Shown: positions 1-8,921, numbered from the stretch's first letter. The stretch is DNA of 64,000 nt from Candidatus Dormiibacterota bacterium (GCA_035279525.1 DATEHQ010000182.1:2991-66990), one strand, 5' to 3'. Program-made: numbers and translations. The notes: generated by a model from the sequence alone, not told the origin.

Positions 1-31
1 GCCAGCATCAGAGCGCGACTAGGGTAACTGT

Positions 32-996
32 GTGACCAGATCGAAACTGGAGCTTCGCCCGGCCACGCTCGCGGACGCCCCCGGCTGTGCGGACCTCGAG
101 ACCGCGCGCATGCCGGACGAGCCACGGGATGGCGAGATGATCGCCTTCTGGTGGACCCTCCGTTCGGGCGAGGAGGTATCCCAGCGGCTCGTCGCAGAGC
201 GCGGCGGGGCCATCACCGCCTATGTCGGCGCCTGGCATGGAGCGTGGGCCAAAGCGCGATTCGGAATGATGAGGGTGGCCCTCCACCCGGAAATCTGGAA
301 CGACGACGGTTCCGTTTCGGGGTCGAGGCCGCCGAGTCCTGGCTGAGGTCGGAGGGTGCGGCGACCTCGGTGACCAGGGTGCGCGAGGATCTCGACCACG
401 AGCTGGCGATCCTCGATGAGCTCGGGTTCCGCGAGGTTCGTAGGCAGCGGTTCTGGGAGCTCGACCTCGTCGCCCGGCGTGACCAGCTGCTCGCTTCAGC
501 CGAGGCATCACGCGCTGCGATGAGGGCGCAGGGCCTGACCCTGACCACGGTCGATCGCGACGATGACCCCGACGTTCTGCGCAAGCTCCACCGGCTGGAC
601 ATCGAATCGACAGAAGACATCCCGACGACGGTGCCGTTTCCCGTTCTCACCTACGAGGAGTGGCTGGGCCACTACTTCGACAACCCTGCAGTCCGCAAGG
701 ACCGGTTCTGGCTCGCCCGCATCGGCGACGAGGTCGCCGGCATGTCGCTGATCCAATACCCGCCACAGCGGGGCATACCGTGGACGGAGTTCACAGGCAC
801 GTCGCCTCGCCATCGCGGCCGCGGCATCGCTCGTGCTCTGAAGTACGAGACGGTGGCGCAGGCGATCGAGCTCGGCGCGACGCGAATCAGGACGGACAAC
901 GATTCAGAGAACGCGCCGATCCTGCACCTCAACGCCGAGATGGGCTACCAGCCCGAAAAGTCCTACCTCGAAATGCACCACGACCTGGAGGTCTAG
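32..996 (+). pseudogene. Two-domain GNAT-family N-acetyltransferase with an apparent reading-frame break near 300-320
   Basis: The N-terminal GNAT-like half reads in the frame of ORF 32..346 (LRPATLADAPGCADLE...MMRVALHPEIWNDD). The rest reads in the frame of ORF 151..996 from about nt 310 (RFRFGVEAAESWLRSEGA ... RGRGIARALKYE acetyl-CoA-type motif). The 5' part of the 151 frame is Arg-rich junk. A one-nt frame change is needed to join the halves. Confidence 0.5.
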
Positions 997-1865
997 GAGG
1001 CGATCAGCTGCCGCACGCGCAGCGCGTCGAGGATCTCCATCGGCCCGCGGGCGCGGTTGAAAGTGTAGAAGTGCAGCCCCGGCACTCCAGCCTCGAGGAG
1101 GCCCGAGCACTGGTCGATGCAGTGCCTGACCCCGAGCGCGCGCACGGCGTCGTCGTCGGGCGCCTCGTCGATCTCGCGCCGGAGAGATTCGGGGACCGTC
1201 GCGCCGGACATCTCCGTCATCACCGCAAGCGAGCGCCGGCTCGGGACAGGCATCAAGCCGGGAACGATCGGAACGCCGATGCCGGCCGCCCGCGCTCGCG
1301 CGACGAGGTCGAAGTAGAAACGGTTGTCGAAGAACAGCTGCGTGATGAGAAAGTCGGCGCCGGCCTCCACCTTGAGCTTCATGTATCGGAACTCGTGCTC
1401 GAGGTCGGGACTCTCCGGATGCTTCTCCGCGCTGCACGCGCCCCCGATGCCGAGCCGGTAGCCGTTGCGGCGCACGAACGCGATCAGGTCGCTTCCGTGC
1501 GACAGCTGGGCGTCGGCCGGAACGAAGCGGTCGCCCGCCGTGGGACTGTCTCCGCGCAGCGCGAGGATGTTGGCGACACCCTCCCGCTCCATCCAGTTGA
1601 GGATCTGGCGCGTGCGGGCGGCATCGTTGGCGCAGGTGAGGTGGGCCATCGCCTCGATGTGGTAGTGGCGCTTGATCCGCGTCACCAGCTCGAGCGTCTT
1701 GTCGCCCGTGCGGACGCGATAGGTCACCGAGACCCAGTCGGGTGCGCGACCCGCGAGGGTCGCCACCGTGCGTTCGAGCACCTCGACCTCGGCCTCGTCG
1801 CGCGGCGCCATGAATTCGAACGAGATGCTCGGGCGGCCGCGCGCGAGCAGGTCCGCAATGCGCAT
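993..1865 (-). CDS. metF: 5,10-methylenetetrahydrofolate reductase
   Basis: 290 aa ORF with an ATG start. Typical MetF sequence (SFEFMAPRDEAEVEVL, HLTCANDAARTRQIL, ANILALRGD, FFDNRFYF). Confidence 0.9.
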   Translation of the reverse strand: MRIADLLARGRPSISFEFMAPRDEAEVEVLERTVATLAGRAPDWVSVTYRVRTGDKTLELVTRIKRHYHIEAMAHLTCANDAARTRQILNWMEREGVANILALRGDSPTAGDRFVPADAQLSHGSDLIAFVRRNGYRLGIGGACSAEKHPESPDLEHEFRYMKLKVEAGADFLITQLFFDNRFYFDLVARARAAGIGVPIVPGLMPVPSRRSLAVMTEMSGATVPESLRREIDEAPDDDAVRALGVRHCIDQCSGLLEAGVPGLHFYTFNRARGPMEILDALRVRQLIAS

Positions 1866-1877
1866 TGAGCCTCGACT

Positions 1878-3713
1878 CTACCTCAGGGTGCGGGAGTCTC
1901 CAACCCGGCGGGTGACTCGCTGGGCGTCCAGATGCTCGAGCAGAGCGAGCGCGGGACGCCGGCTCGCGCCCATCCGGTCGCGAAGCTGCGCCACGGTGAC
2001 AGAGCCGTTCGAGCCGATCAACTCCCTCACCAGCGCGACCGCCGACTCGTACGCCTGGCGCGCGAAGGCCACGTCGTCGCTGACACGGACCAGGTCTCCC
2101 CTCTGGGCGAGCGCGCGAACCATCTCCGGCGTCGCCCCGGCCTGCTGCATCGCCTCGGGCAGCGAAGGTGGAGCGAGCGGCCGGGCGCGCAGCAGTGCGA
2201 GCAGGAGTCCCGCTGGGCCGCTCTCCGCCTCGAGCTCCACCTGGTGGCCCGGCGAGGCGAGCGACCCATTCCGCTCCGCGATCCGACCATCTTCCACGAG
2301 CGCGGCGACGACCGGTCCGAACGCCGCCGGCGCCACGCCGAGGCGGCCTCGCAGCTCTTCGCGGGCCATGCCGATGCGCAGCGGGTGCGCGGCGTGGAAA
2401 TCGTCCAGCTCACGGGTGGCCCGCGACGCGATCGCGTCCCATGCTTCGTCCGCGAAAAGCCAGTCGCCCAGGCGCCGCGCCCGAAGCCTGTCGACGTCTG
2501 CCCCCTGCGCGAGCGTCGCCTTCAGCAGCGCCGGCACTGTGACGCCGCGCGGGTACTTGCGAAGTTCCTCCTGCAGGACGTCGCCCGCGGCGCGCCTCGA
2601 AAGGGACTCGCGCACCGCTGAGTCGTGGCGCGAATGTTTGCGCGGCGCGACGTCGACAAACGTGCCGCCCGCGATCGTCAGCGCCGGGCTTGGAACGCGC
2701 AGAACGAACCGGTCGCCGGCCGCCGCTGCGATGGGGCGCTCGAGGTAGAGCTGCACCCAGCCGTGCGCGCCGGCCGCGACCTCGTCGCCCTCGAGCGTGA
2801 TGACGCGCGCGGTCACCTCCGCGGTTCCCGTGTGGAGCAGCAGCTCGCTGCCATGGCGCAGCGACTGCGGCGCCGACGCAAGCACTCGAACCCTTGCATC
2901 GATCCTCCGCGTCGGCAGCAGCGTTCCGGGTCGCGCCACCACGTCGCCCCGCGCGAGCTCGTTCTTCTCGACGCCGCTGAGGTTGACCGCGACTCGATTT
3001 CCCGGCGACGCCGTGTCGACCTTGGTGTTGTGACGCTGCAGTCCGCGGACGCGCACCGCTCGCCCGGACGGCATCACGTGCAGCTCCTCGCCGACCGTCA
3101 GCTCGCCGTCGACGAGCGTGCCCGTCACGACGGTGCCGAACCCGCTCATGGTGAAGACACGGTCGATCGGCAGCCGCGGCCGTCCGACATCAGGCCGAGG
3201 CGTGGCGCCGTCCAGCAGCGCGTCTAGGGCGACGACGAGCGCAGCCAGCCCGTCGCCTCGCACGGACGAGACGCCGATCATCTGCGCGTTCTCGATCGCC
3301 GTACCCTTCAGCGCTTCGCCGATCTCCGCCTCGACCATCGCGAGCCATTCGCCTTCGACCAGGTCGACCTTCGAGATCACCACGAGACCGCGCCTGACCT
3401 CGAGCAGGTCGAGGATCTCGAGGTGCTCGCGCGTCTGGGGCATGACGCCCTCGTCCGCCGCGATCACCAGGAGGATCGCGTCGAGGCCGTGCGCGCCGGC
3501 GAGCATGTTGCGGATGAAGCGGGCGTGGCCGGGCACGTCGACGATGCCGACCTCGCGACCGCTCGGCAGCTTCAGGTGCGCGAAGCCCAGGTCGATCGTC
3601 ATGCCACGCCGCTTCTCCTCGGCCAGCCGGTCCGGGTCGATGCCGGTGAGCGCTGTGATCAGCGTCGACTTCCCGTGGTCGATGTGCCCCGCGGTCCCGA
3701 CGACGAAGCTCAT
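1878..3713 (-). CDS. selB: Selenocysteine-specific translation elongation factor SelB
   Basis: GTPase motifs AGHIDHGKSTL, DVPGH and SKVDL, followed by long C-terminal winged-helix-like repeats. The start is taken at MSFVVGTAGH (ATG 3713), which overlaps the selA stop (ATGA). The upstream part of ORF 1878..3989 is Arg-rich non-coding-like sequence. Confidence 0.9.
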   Translation of the reverse strand: MSFVVGTAGHIDHGKSTLITALTGIDPDRLAEEKRRGMTIDLGFAHLKLPSGREVGIVDVPGHARFIRNMLAGAHGLDAILLVIAADEGVMPQTREHLEILDLLEVRRGLVVISKVDLVEGEWLAMVEAEIGEALKGTAIENAQMIGVSSVRGDGLAALVVALDALLDGATPRPDVGRPRLPIDRVFTMSGFGTVVTGTLVDGELTVGEELHVMPSGRAVRVRGLQRHNTKVDTASPGNRVAVNLSGVEKNELARGDVVARPGTLLPTRRIDARVRVLASAPQSLRHGSELLLHTGTAEVTARVITLEGDEVAAGAHGWVQLYLERPIAAAAGDRFVLRVPSPALTIAGGTFVDVAPRKHSRHDSAVRESLSRRAAGDVLQEELRKYPRGVTVPALLKATLAQGADVDRLRARRLGDWLFADEAWDAIASRATRELDDFHAAHPLRIGMAREELRGRLGVAPAAFGPVVAALVEDGRIAERNGSLASPGHQVELEAESGPAGLLLALLRARPLAPPSLPEAMQQAGATPEMVRALAQRGDLVRVSDDVAFARQAYESAVALVRELIGSNGSVTVAQLRDRMGASRRPALALLEHLDAQRVTRRVGDSRTLR

Positions 3714-5074
3714 GGGAGGCTTTTGGCCGCCGCCTCCACCGCGTCGATCAGCACCTCGTCCTCGCCGCGCAGCACCGTGCGCGGGTCGAGGCAGCACGAG
3801 TCCTTGTCGATGCGCGCGATCACGGGGGGCTGGCCGAGACGTAGGGCCCGTGCGAGGCGCGACGCGGGCCCGGCGACGGCCAGCAGCACGGTTGGCAGTC
3901 CATGCCCTGGGAGCGAACCACCGCCCACCGCGGACTCGCCTTCCGCCAGAGAAGTCGTGACGCCGCGCTCGGCGAGCTTGACCGACCACAGGGCGGCGCG
4001 CCGGCGCAGGTCTTCGGCCGACGCGCGCAGCATGCGCTCCACCGGGATCTCGTCGGTCCTGGCGCTGAGGCGGAGCCTGAGCGTGGCCTCCAGGGCGGCC
4101 AGCGTCAGCTTGTCGACCCTGACCGCGCGCGCCAGCGGATGCCGCGTCATCCTCTTCACCGCCGCGACGCCCGCCTCACCGCGCCCGAGGACGATTCCCG
4201 CCTGGGGTCCCCCGAGCAGCTTGTCGCCGGAGAAGGTGACCGTGTCGCTGTGTTCGAGCGATTCGGCTACGGTCGGCTCATCGGCGATCGGCTCCGCCGC
4301 GCCGCTGCCCAGGTCGTCGATCAGCAGCAGGTCGTGCTCACGAGCCACCTGGGCCATCTCCGCAAGGGACGCTGATTCCGTGAAGCCGGTGACACGGAAG
4401 TTGGACGGGTGCACGCGCAGCAGCGCCGCCGTCCGGTCGGTCACCGCCTCCGAATAGTCGCTCGCCCGCGTGCGGTTGGTCGTTCCGACCTCCACCATCC
4501 GCGCCCCTGACAGCTTCATCACGTCAGGCATCCGGAAGGCGCCACCGATCTCGACCAATTGTCCGCGCGAGACGATGACCTCCTTGCCCTTGCAGAGGGC
4601 TGTCAACGCGAGGAGGACACCGGCCGCGTTGTTGTTGACCACAAGCGCGGCATCGCAGCGGAAGAGGTCCATGAGCAGGTCGGCGACGAGGGCGGGGCGC
4701 TCGCCTCGGCGGCCGGTGGCGAGGTCGAGCTCCAGGTTGGTGTACCCGGCGGCGACCGCCAGCGCGTCCATCGCCGCGGGGGCGAGAGGCGCTCGACCCA
4801 GGTTGGTGTGCAGGACGACCCCGCTTGCGTTGATCACGTGCCGCAGGCGTGGGCTCGAGGCCCGCTCCAGCCTGGCCGCGACGTGGCCGGCGCGCCGGTC
4901 TCCGTCCCCACCCCCCGCCGCCCGCTCCTCGGCCACCTGGTCGCGGATGGCGTCGACGACGCGGGCACGCCCGTAGCGCTCGATCAGGCGCGCATAGGCG
5001 GGCTCGTTGACGAGCGTCCCTACGGCGGGCAGGGATTCAGCCCGATGAAATTCGGAATCCCGTAACCGTGGCAT
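3710..5074 (-). CDS. selA: L-seryl-tRNA(Sec) selenium transferase SelA
   Basis: SelA hallmarks: NLELDLATGRRGER, VVNNNAAGVLLAL, SRGQLVEIGGAFRMPDVM and FSGDKLLGGPQAG (PLP lysine region). The start is taken at MPRLRDSEF... (ATG 5074). Confidence 0.88.
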   Translation of the reverse strand: MPRLRDSEFHRAESLPAVGTLVNEPAYARLIERYGRARVVDAIRDQVAEERAAGGGDGDRRAGHVAARLERASSPRLRHVINASGVVLHTNLGRAPLAPAAMDALAVAAGYTNLELDLATGRRGERPALVADLLMDLFRCDAALVVNNNAAGVLLALTALCKGKEVIVSRGQLVEIGGAFRMPDVMKLSGARMVEVGTTNRTRASDYSEAVTDRTAALLRVHPSNFRVTGFTESASLAEMAQVAREHDLLLIDDLGSGAAEPIADEPTVAESLEHSDTVTFSGDKLLGGPQAGIVLGRGEAGVAAVKRMTRHPLARAVRVDKLTLAALEATLRLRLSARTDEIPVERMLRASAEDLRRRAALWSVKLAERGVTTSLAEGESAVGGGSLPGHGLPTVLLAVAGPASRLARALRLGQPPVIARIDKDSCCLDPRTVLRGEDEVLIDAVEAAAKSLP

Positions 5075-5730
5075 CCGCCTAATGAGATTAGGCTCGCGGG
5101 GAAGTAGAAGGGCGTCATCACGACAGCGAGCAGGCTTCCGCCCTGGAGCAGCTGCCAGAGGAAGATGACGACGACGCACCCGATCCAGATCTGTTGACGC
5201 CTTGCGTCGACGTTGAAAAAGAATCGCGGGTTGCGGCTGCGGAAGATGGCCTCGACGATCCTCCAGCCGTCCAGGCCGGGGACCGGCAGCAGCTGGAAGG
5301 CGAAGACCGACAGGTTCAGGAAGACGATCACGAACAGGGCCTCTGGAAGCAACCCTGGGGACAGGTCGAGCGTGAAGGGCGCCCTCGAGGCGATGAGGAA
5401 TCGGACCACCAGGCCCAGCCCGATCGCCACGGCAAGGTTCGCCGCCGGGCCGGCCAGCTCGAGGATGACCTTCTGGCCAGTGGTCCCGATCCGGTTCGAC
5501 TGGACCTGCACCCGCCTGCCCCAGCCGACCAGGGCGACGAAGACGGCGATCACGCCCAGCAGGTCGAGGTACCGGCGTGGATTCGGCGTCAGCCAGCCGA
5601 AGTAGCGGACCGACCTGTCGCCGAGGAAATAAGCCGCGAGGGCGTGGCCGAGCTCGTGGACCGGGATGGCGACCAGGAGGGCCGGCACGAGGAGCAGCGC
5701 CGCCAAAAGGAAGGCGACGAAGCTGTTCAC
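5020..5730 (-). CDS. M50-family (site-2 protease-like) membrane metallopeptidase
   Basis: HELGHALAAYFLGD (HExxH) lies in a polytopic hydrophobic protein. GTG start. The 3' end overlaps the chosen selA start by about 55 nt, so one of the two boundaries is uncertain. Confidence 0.75.
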   Translation of the reverse strand: MNSFVAFLLAALLLVPALLVAIPVHELGHALAAYFLGDRSVRYFGWLTPNPRRYLDLLGVIAVFVALVGWGRRVQVQSNRIGTTGQKVILELAGPAANLAVAIGLGLVVRFLIASRAPFTLDLSPGLLPEALFVIVFLNLSVFAFQLLPVPGLDGWRIVEAIFRSRNPRFFFNVDARRQQIWIGCVVVIFLWQLLQGGSLLAVVMTPFYFPASLISLGGCHGYGIPNFIGLNPCPP

Positions 5731-5740
5731 GTGGAGAACT

Positions 5741-6001
5741 TCAATCGATGGGGATCTTGCCGGCGCGCCTGGGCGTCCGACGCTTCGCGGCGGTGCGGGC
5801 GGCGGAGCCCCGTCGAGCGCGTCCGGCGGTCGACGGCGAAACGCGGTTCTCGTAGATGAGCATCAGCGCCGTGATCAGCTCACGCTGGGCGTTCAGCAGG
5901 TGGACCTGTGCCGAGGGGGGCACCATGTCAGAGATCAGGTGACCGACCCTCGACGCCAGCTCGTTGGCCAGCTCGATCACTCGCTCGCCATCCCGGCTCA
6001 T
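5741..6001 (-). CDS. Hypothetical small protein with a basic C-terminal tail
   Basis: 86 aa ORF. Its ATG overlaps the stop of the upstream ArsA-like gene (ATGA). GC3-rich codons. No recognisable motif. Confidence 0.45.
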   Translation of the reverse strand: MSRDGERVIELANELASRVGHLISDMVPPSAQVHLLNAQRELITALMLIYENRVSPSTAGRARRGSAARTAAKRRTPRRAGKIPID

Positions 6002-7188
6002 GCCTTGCTCTCCTTCTTCACAGGCCGCTTCGCGAATCGCACTCGCAGCTCTCCGTCGCGGATGGTCGCGCCTGCCGTGTCGCGCCGCGCCAGCACGTTG
6101 GGGAGCGAGATCTCACGCCGATAGTTGCCGACTGTCACGTAGAGCTCACCGTTGTGACGGTTGAGGTCGACCGCCGAACGGTCGGCGAACGGCACCTTGA
6201 GCGTCAGCACGTAGTCCGCGCCGTCCTTGTCGATGCGCTGCGGGCTCGACGTCGCGAAATGCTCAGCCGGATCGCGGTCGCCATAGATCGCCTCGGCCAT
6301 CCGCCCCAGCATCGCCTCGCCGACCACTTCGCGGTCGAACAGAGGCACGTTGAAGATTGGGATCCCGGCGAATGATTGCTCCACCTCGGCCTGGTAGCGC
6401 CTGTGGATGAGCTGCCATTTCTGGAACAGCTCGTCGTGAAGCTCACCGGGCAGCAGGCGGTTGACGACCACCGCGTCCGTCACGTATCCGAACAGGCTCA
6501 GGTACGTATAGGCACGCTTGGCCTCCTTGACGACCATCTTCTCGAGGTTCAGCACGATTCGCACCGTGGTCATCGCAGGGTCTGTGAGCACTTTGCGCAT
6601 TCCCCCGAGGTCGAGCAGCAGGTCCTTCAGCGACGCATAGATCTCGTCGGAGGGGAGGGGCATGCCGATCATCGGCTGCAGGACAGGGCGCGCCACTCGC
6701 ATCGCGCGACGCTGCCACGGATAGATCTTGTCGAGCCACCACTTGGCCGCATCTGGGAACGTGAGCAGCTGCAGCGTCTCGCCGGTGGGCGCGCAGTCGA
6801 CGATGAGCACGTCGTGCTCTGCGCGCTGCGCGTAGTGCTTGATCCACATCAGGGAGGCGATTTCGTCCATGCCGGGCGGATTGGCCACCTCGTCCGCGAC
6901 CACCTCGTCGAGGCCCTGGGTGGCGAACACCTCGGCGGCGTACTCGTGGAGCTTGATCCAGTGCCGCTGCATCTCGTGCAGTGACGAGACTTCGTGCGCC
7001 CACAGGTTCTCGCCTACCCTGGTCATGTCGACGCCGAGCTCGACGTCGAACGAGTCACCCAGCGAATGCGCGGGGTCGGTGCTCATGATCACGGTCCGGT
7101 ATCCAGCCCGGGCGCAGCGCACCGCGGTCGCCGCGGCGACGGACGTTTTGCCGACCCCGCCCTTGCCTGTGAAGAGGATGACTCTCAC
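5998..7188 (-). CDS. ArsA/GET3-family transport-energizing ATPase with a C-terminal HSP20/CS-like domain
   Basis: Deviant Walker A TGKGGVGKTS, DPAHSLGD, DTAPTG-like DCAPTGETL, and a C-terminal beta-rich tail (YVLTLKVPFADRSAVDLNRHNGELYVTVGNYRREISLP). GTG start. Confidence 0.85.
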   Translation of the reverse strand: MRVILFTGKGGVGKTSVAAATAVRCARAGYRTVIMSTDPAHSLGDSFDVELGVDMTRVGENLWAHEVSSLHEMQRHWIKLHEYAAEVFATQGLDEVVADEVANPPGMDEIASLMWIKHYAQRAEHDVLIVDCAPTGETLQLLTFPDAAKWWLDKIYPWQRRAMRVARPVLQPMIGMPLPSDEIYASLKDLLLDLGGMRKVLTDPAMTTVRIVLNLEKMVVKEAKRAYTYLSLFGYVTDAVVVNRLLPGELHDELFQKWQLIHRRYQAEVEQSFAGIPIFNVPLFDREVVGEAMLGRMAEAIYGDRDPAEHFATSSPQRIDKDGADYVLTLKVPFADRSAVDLNRHNGELYVTVGNYRREISLPNVLARRDTAGATIRDGELRVRFAKRPVKKESKA

Positions 7189-7223
7189 GGCGAGAGTCTA
7201 CGTGCGGCTCGAGCTCTCCCGCT

Positions 7224-7781
7224 CTACGGCTCGCTCCGTGTCTGCGTGATGTCCCCCGCAATGTGCTCGGTGAGCTGAGCCTCGAGGTGCCTGACGATCT
7301 GCAGCGCGATCTCGGTGTTCTTTTCGGTCAGCTGTGTGTTGTGCTCGATCGCCTTCAGGATCTGGACGTTCTGGCGGTCGGCCTTGTCCGCCTCGGCCGC
7401 CGCGTGCTCGAGCGTCAGCCGGTCCTTCTGAGACTGCCGGTTGCCGGCCAGCAGCAGGACCGGTCCGGTGTAGGCGGCCTGCACGCTGAACAGCAGGTTC
7501 AGGAGCACGAACGGGTACGGGTCCCAGTGGTTGCTGGCCCTCTCGACCAGCGTCAGGACGATGTTGGCGACGACCCACACCGAGACGAGGAGAGTCTGGA
7601 TGATGAGGAACTTCCACGAGCCGATTCCGGAGGCCGCCTTGTCGGCGATCCGCTCGCCGAGGGTCGCCTCCTCGTGGTGGACGACGTTGACCGGGTGGCG
7701 GTGACCATCGGAGTCGAGCTTGCGCCGGTGAAGCGTCTGCTTCAGCGCCGACTGACCTGAATCGCTGGTGCGCACCGACAT
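7224..7781 (-). CDS. DUF1003-like membrane protein
   Basis: Sequence GERIADKAASGIGSWKFLIIQT ... WDPYPFVLLNLLFSVQAAYTGPVLLLAGNRQ, followed by a coiled-coil tail. This is typical of the DUF1003 family as I remember it. Confidence 0.7.
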   Translation of the reverse strand: MSVRTSDSGQSALKQTLHRRKLDSDGHRHPVNVVHHEEATLGERIADKAASGIGSWKFLIIQTLLVSVWVVANIVLTLVERASNHWDPYPFVLLNLLFSVQAAYTGPVLLLAGNRQSQKDRLTLEHAAAEADKADRQNVQILKAIEHNTQLTEKNTEIALQIVRHLEAQLTEHIAGDITQTRSEP

Positions 7782-7831
7782 CGCGCACGAACTGTAGAGG
7801 CCCGGATCGGGCCCTGTCTATTTCTTAATGT

Positions 7832-8194
7832 CTATTTGACGATCAGGGGAACCGCCAGCGAGCCCGCGCCGAGCAGCACCACCATGGCGAAACCGACCAC
7901 ACCGAGCCGGACCAGGTCCCGCGTGAAGTAGGGCACCCGATCGAGCGGGATCGACGGGTCGGCCGATTCGACGATCATCCTGCCGCCGCGCGCCTTGCTG
8001 TACTGGTTTTTCGCTCCGAGCGACATCTCGACGGCGCGGACGAGGGCCTGGTCGCCGCCCACTCGCGCCTGCGAGACGCTGCGCGCCGGAGCCACGACGC
8101 CAGGCGTGGAGCCGGCGCTCGGGCTGAGCGGACCGGCGGGGCGCGCCGGCGGGCGGAATTTGGCCCTGGACTTCTTTTTTCCCTTGCGACTCAT
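7832..8194 (-). CDS. Hypothetical protein with a basic N-terminus and a C-terminal transmembrane anchor
   Basis: 120 aa ORF with an ATG start and one hydrophobic helix (LGVVGFAMVVLLGAGSLAVPLIV). It lies downstream of a strong sigma70-like promoter. Confidence 0.5.
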   Translation of the reverse strand: MSRKGKKKSRAKFRPPARPAGPLSPSAGSTPGVVAPARSVSQARVGGDQALVRAVEMSLGAKNQYSKARGGRMIVESADPSIPLDRVPYFTRDLVRLGVVGFAMVVLLGAGSLAVPLIVK

Positions 8195-8351
8195 CCTGCC
8201 GCAAGTTTAGGGGAGGAGGGGCAGGCAGGCGGAAGGGGGCTGGTGGTGGAACGTGTGGCGCGACCTGGGGATGGACTCCGCCTGCCTGTCGTTGGGCCGT
8301 GGGACTCAACCAACTGGGTTGTGGGCTACGAGATGTTGTGTCCCGTGCGAA

Positions 8352-8380
8352 GTTATAACCCCGAATGTAGTTGTTGTCAA
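8352..8380 (-). promoter_or_regulatory. Sigma70-like promoter TTGACA-17 nt-TATAAC reading toward the 7832..8194 gene
   Basis: Minus strand: cTTGACAacaactacattcggggtTATAACt. The -35 is the reverse complement of 8375-8380 and the -10 is the reverse complement of 8352-8357. Perfect -35, exact 17-nt spacer, AT-rich patch in a GC-rich context. Confidence 0.4.
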
Positions 8381-8394
8381 GGCTTTTCGACGAA

Positions 8395-8772
8395 TCAGAC
8401 CTCGGTGGTCAGCTCGGCGTACTCCTCGTCGTTGATCAGGTCGTCCAGCTCGCCCGGGCTGTCGATTCGCATCCGGATCAGCCAGCCGGCGCCGTAGGGG
8501 TCCGAGTTGATCACGTCGGGGTCGTCGAGCGCCTCCTGGTTGACCTCGAGCACCTCCCCGGAGAGCGGCGCCTCGATCGGCGTCGACGCATCCTCCGACT
8601 CGGCCTTGCCCATGCGGTGGGCGACGTGCAGCACGTCGCCGGCGTCGGGCAATTCGAGCGTGGTGATCGCTCCCATCTGGTCCTGCAGGTAGTCGCTCAG
8701 GCCGAGCACCGCCTCCGACCCGTCGACGCGCACCCAGACGTGGGCCGCGCTGAACCTCAGAGGCTGGACCAT
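8395..8772 (-). CDS. Glycine-cleavage H-protein-like (lipoyl-domain) protein lacking the canonical lipoyl-lysine
   Basis: GcvH-like sequence throughout (HVWVRVDG..LGLSDYLQDQMG, APLSGEVLEVN, DPYGAGWLIRM). The ESVKA position reads AESEDAS, with Asp at residue 61 (codon 8590-8592). Confidence 0.8.
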   Translation of the reverse strand: MVQPLRFSAAHVWVRVDGSEAVLGLSDYLQDQMGAITTLELPDAGDVLHVAHRMGKAESEDASTPIEAPLSGEVLEVNQEALDDPDVINSDPYGAGWLIRMRIDSPGELDDLINDEEYAELTTEV

Positions 8773-8921
8773 GAAGATGATTTTGAAGCACGCAAGTCGC
8801 CTCGCGGCGAGGGCGTTAGACCGTGCATGAGATGGCTGCTGCTGGTCGGGGCGATCGTGGTCTGCGGCATCCTAGCCAACCTGCTCTGGCACCAGTTCTT
8901 TTTGAATGGTGCTTAGGAGCC

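Noticed and set aside
660-1868. 402-aa plus-strand ORF
   Set aside because: It is antisense to metF, with an Arg/Ala/Gly-rich low-complexity translation and no motifs.
7799-7813. GGCCCG-gat-CGGGCC hairpin as a terminator between the 7832..8194 gene and the DUF1003 gene
   Set aside because: The stem is only 6 bp, and the T-run is on the wrong strand for the minus-strand genes. The evidence is too weak to annotate.
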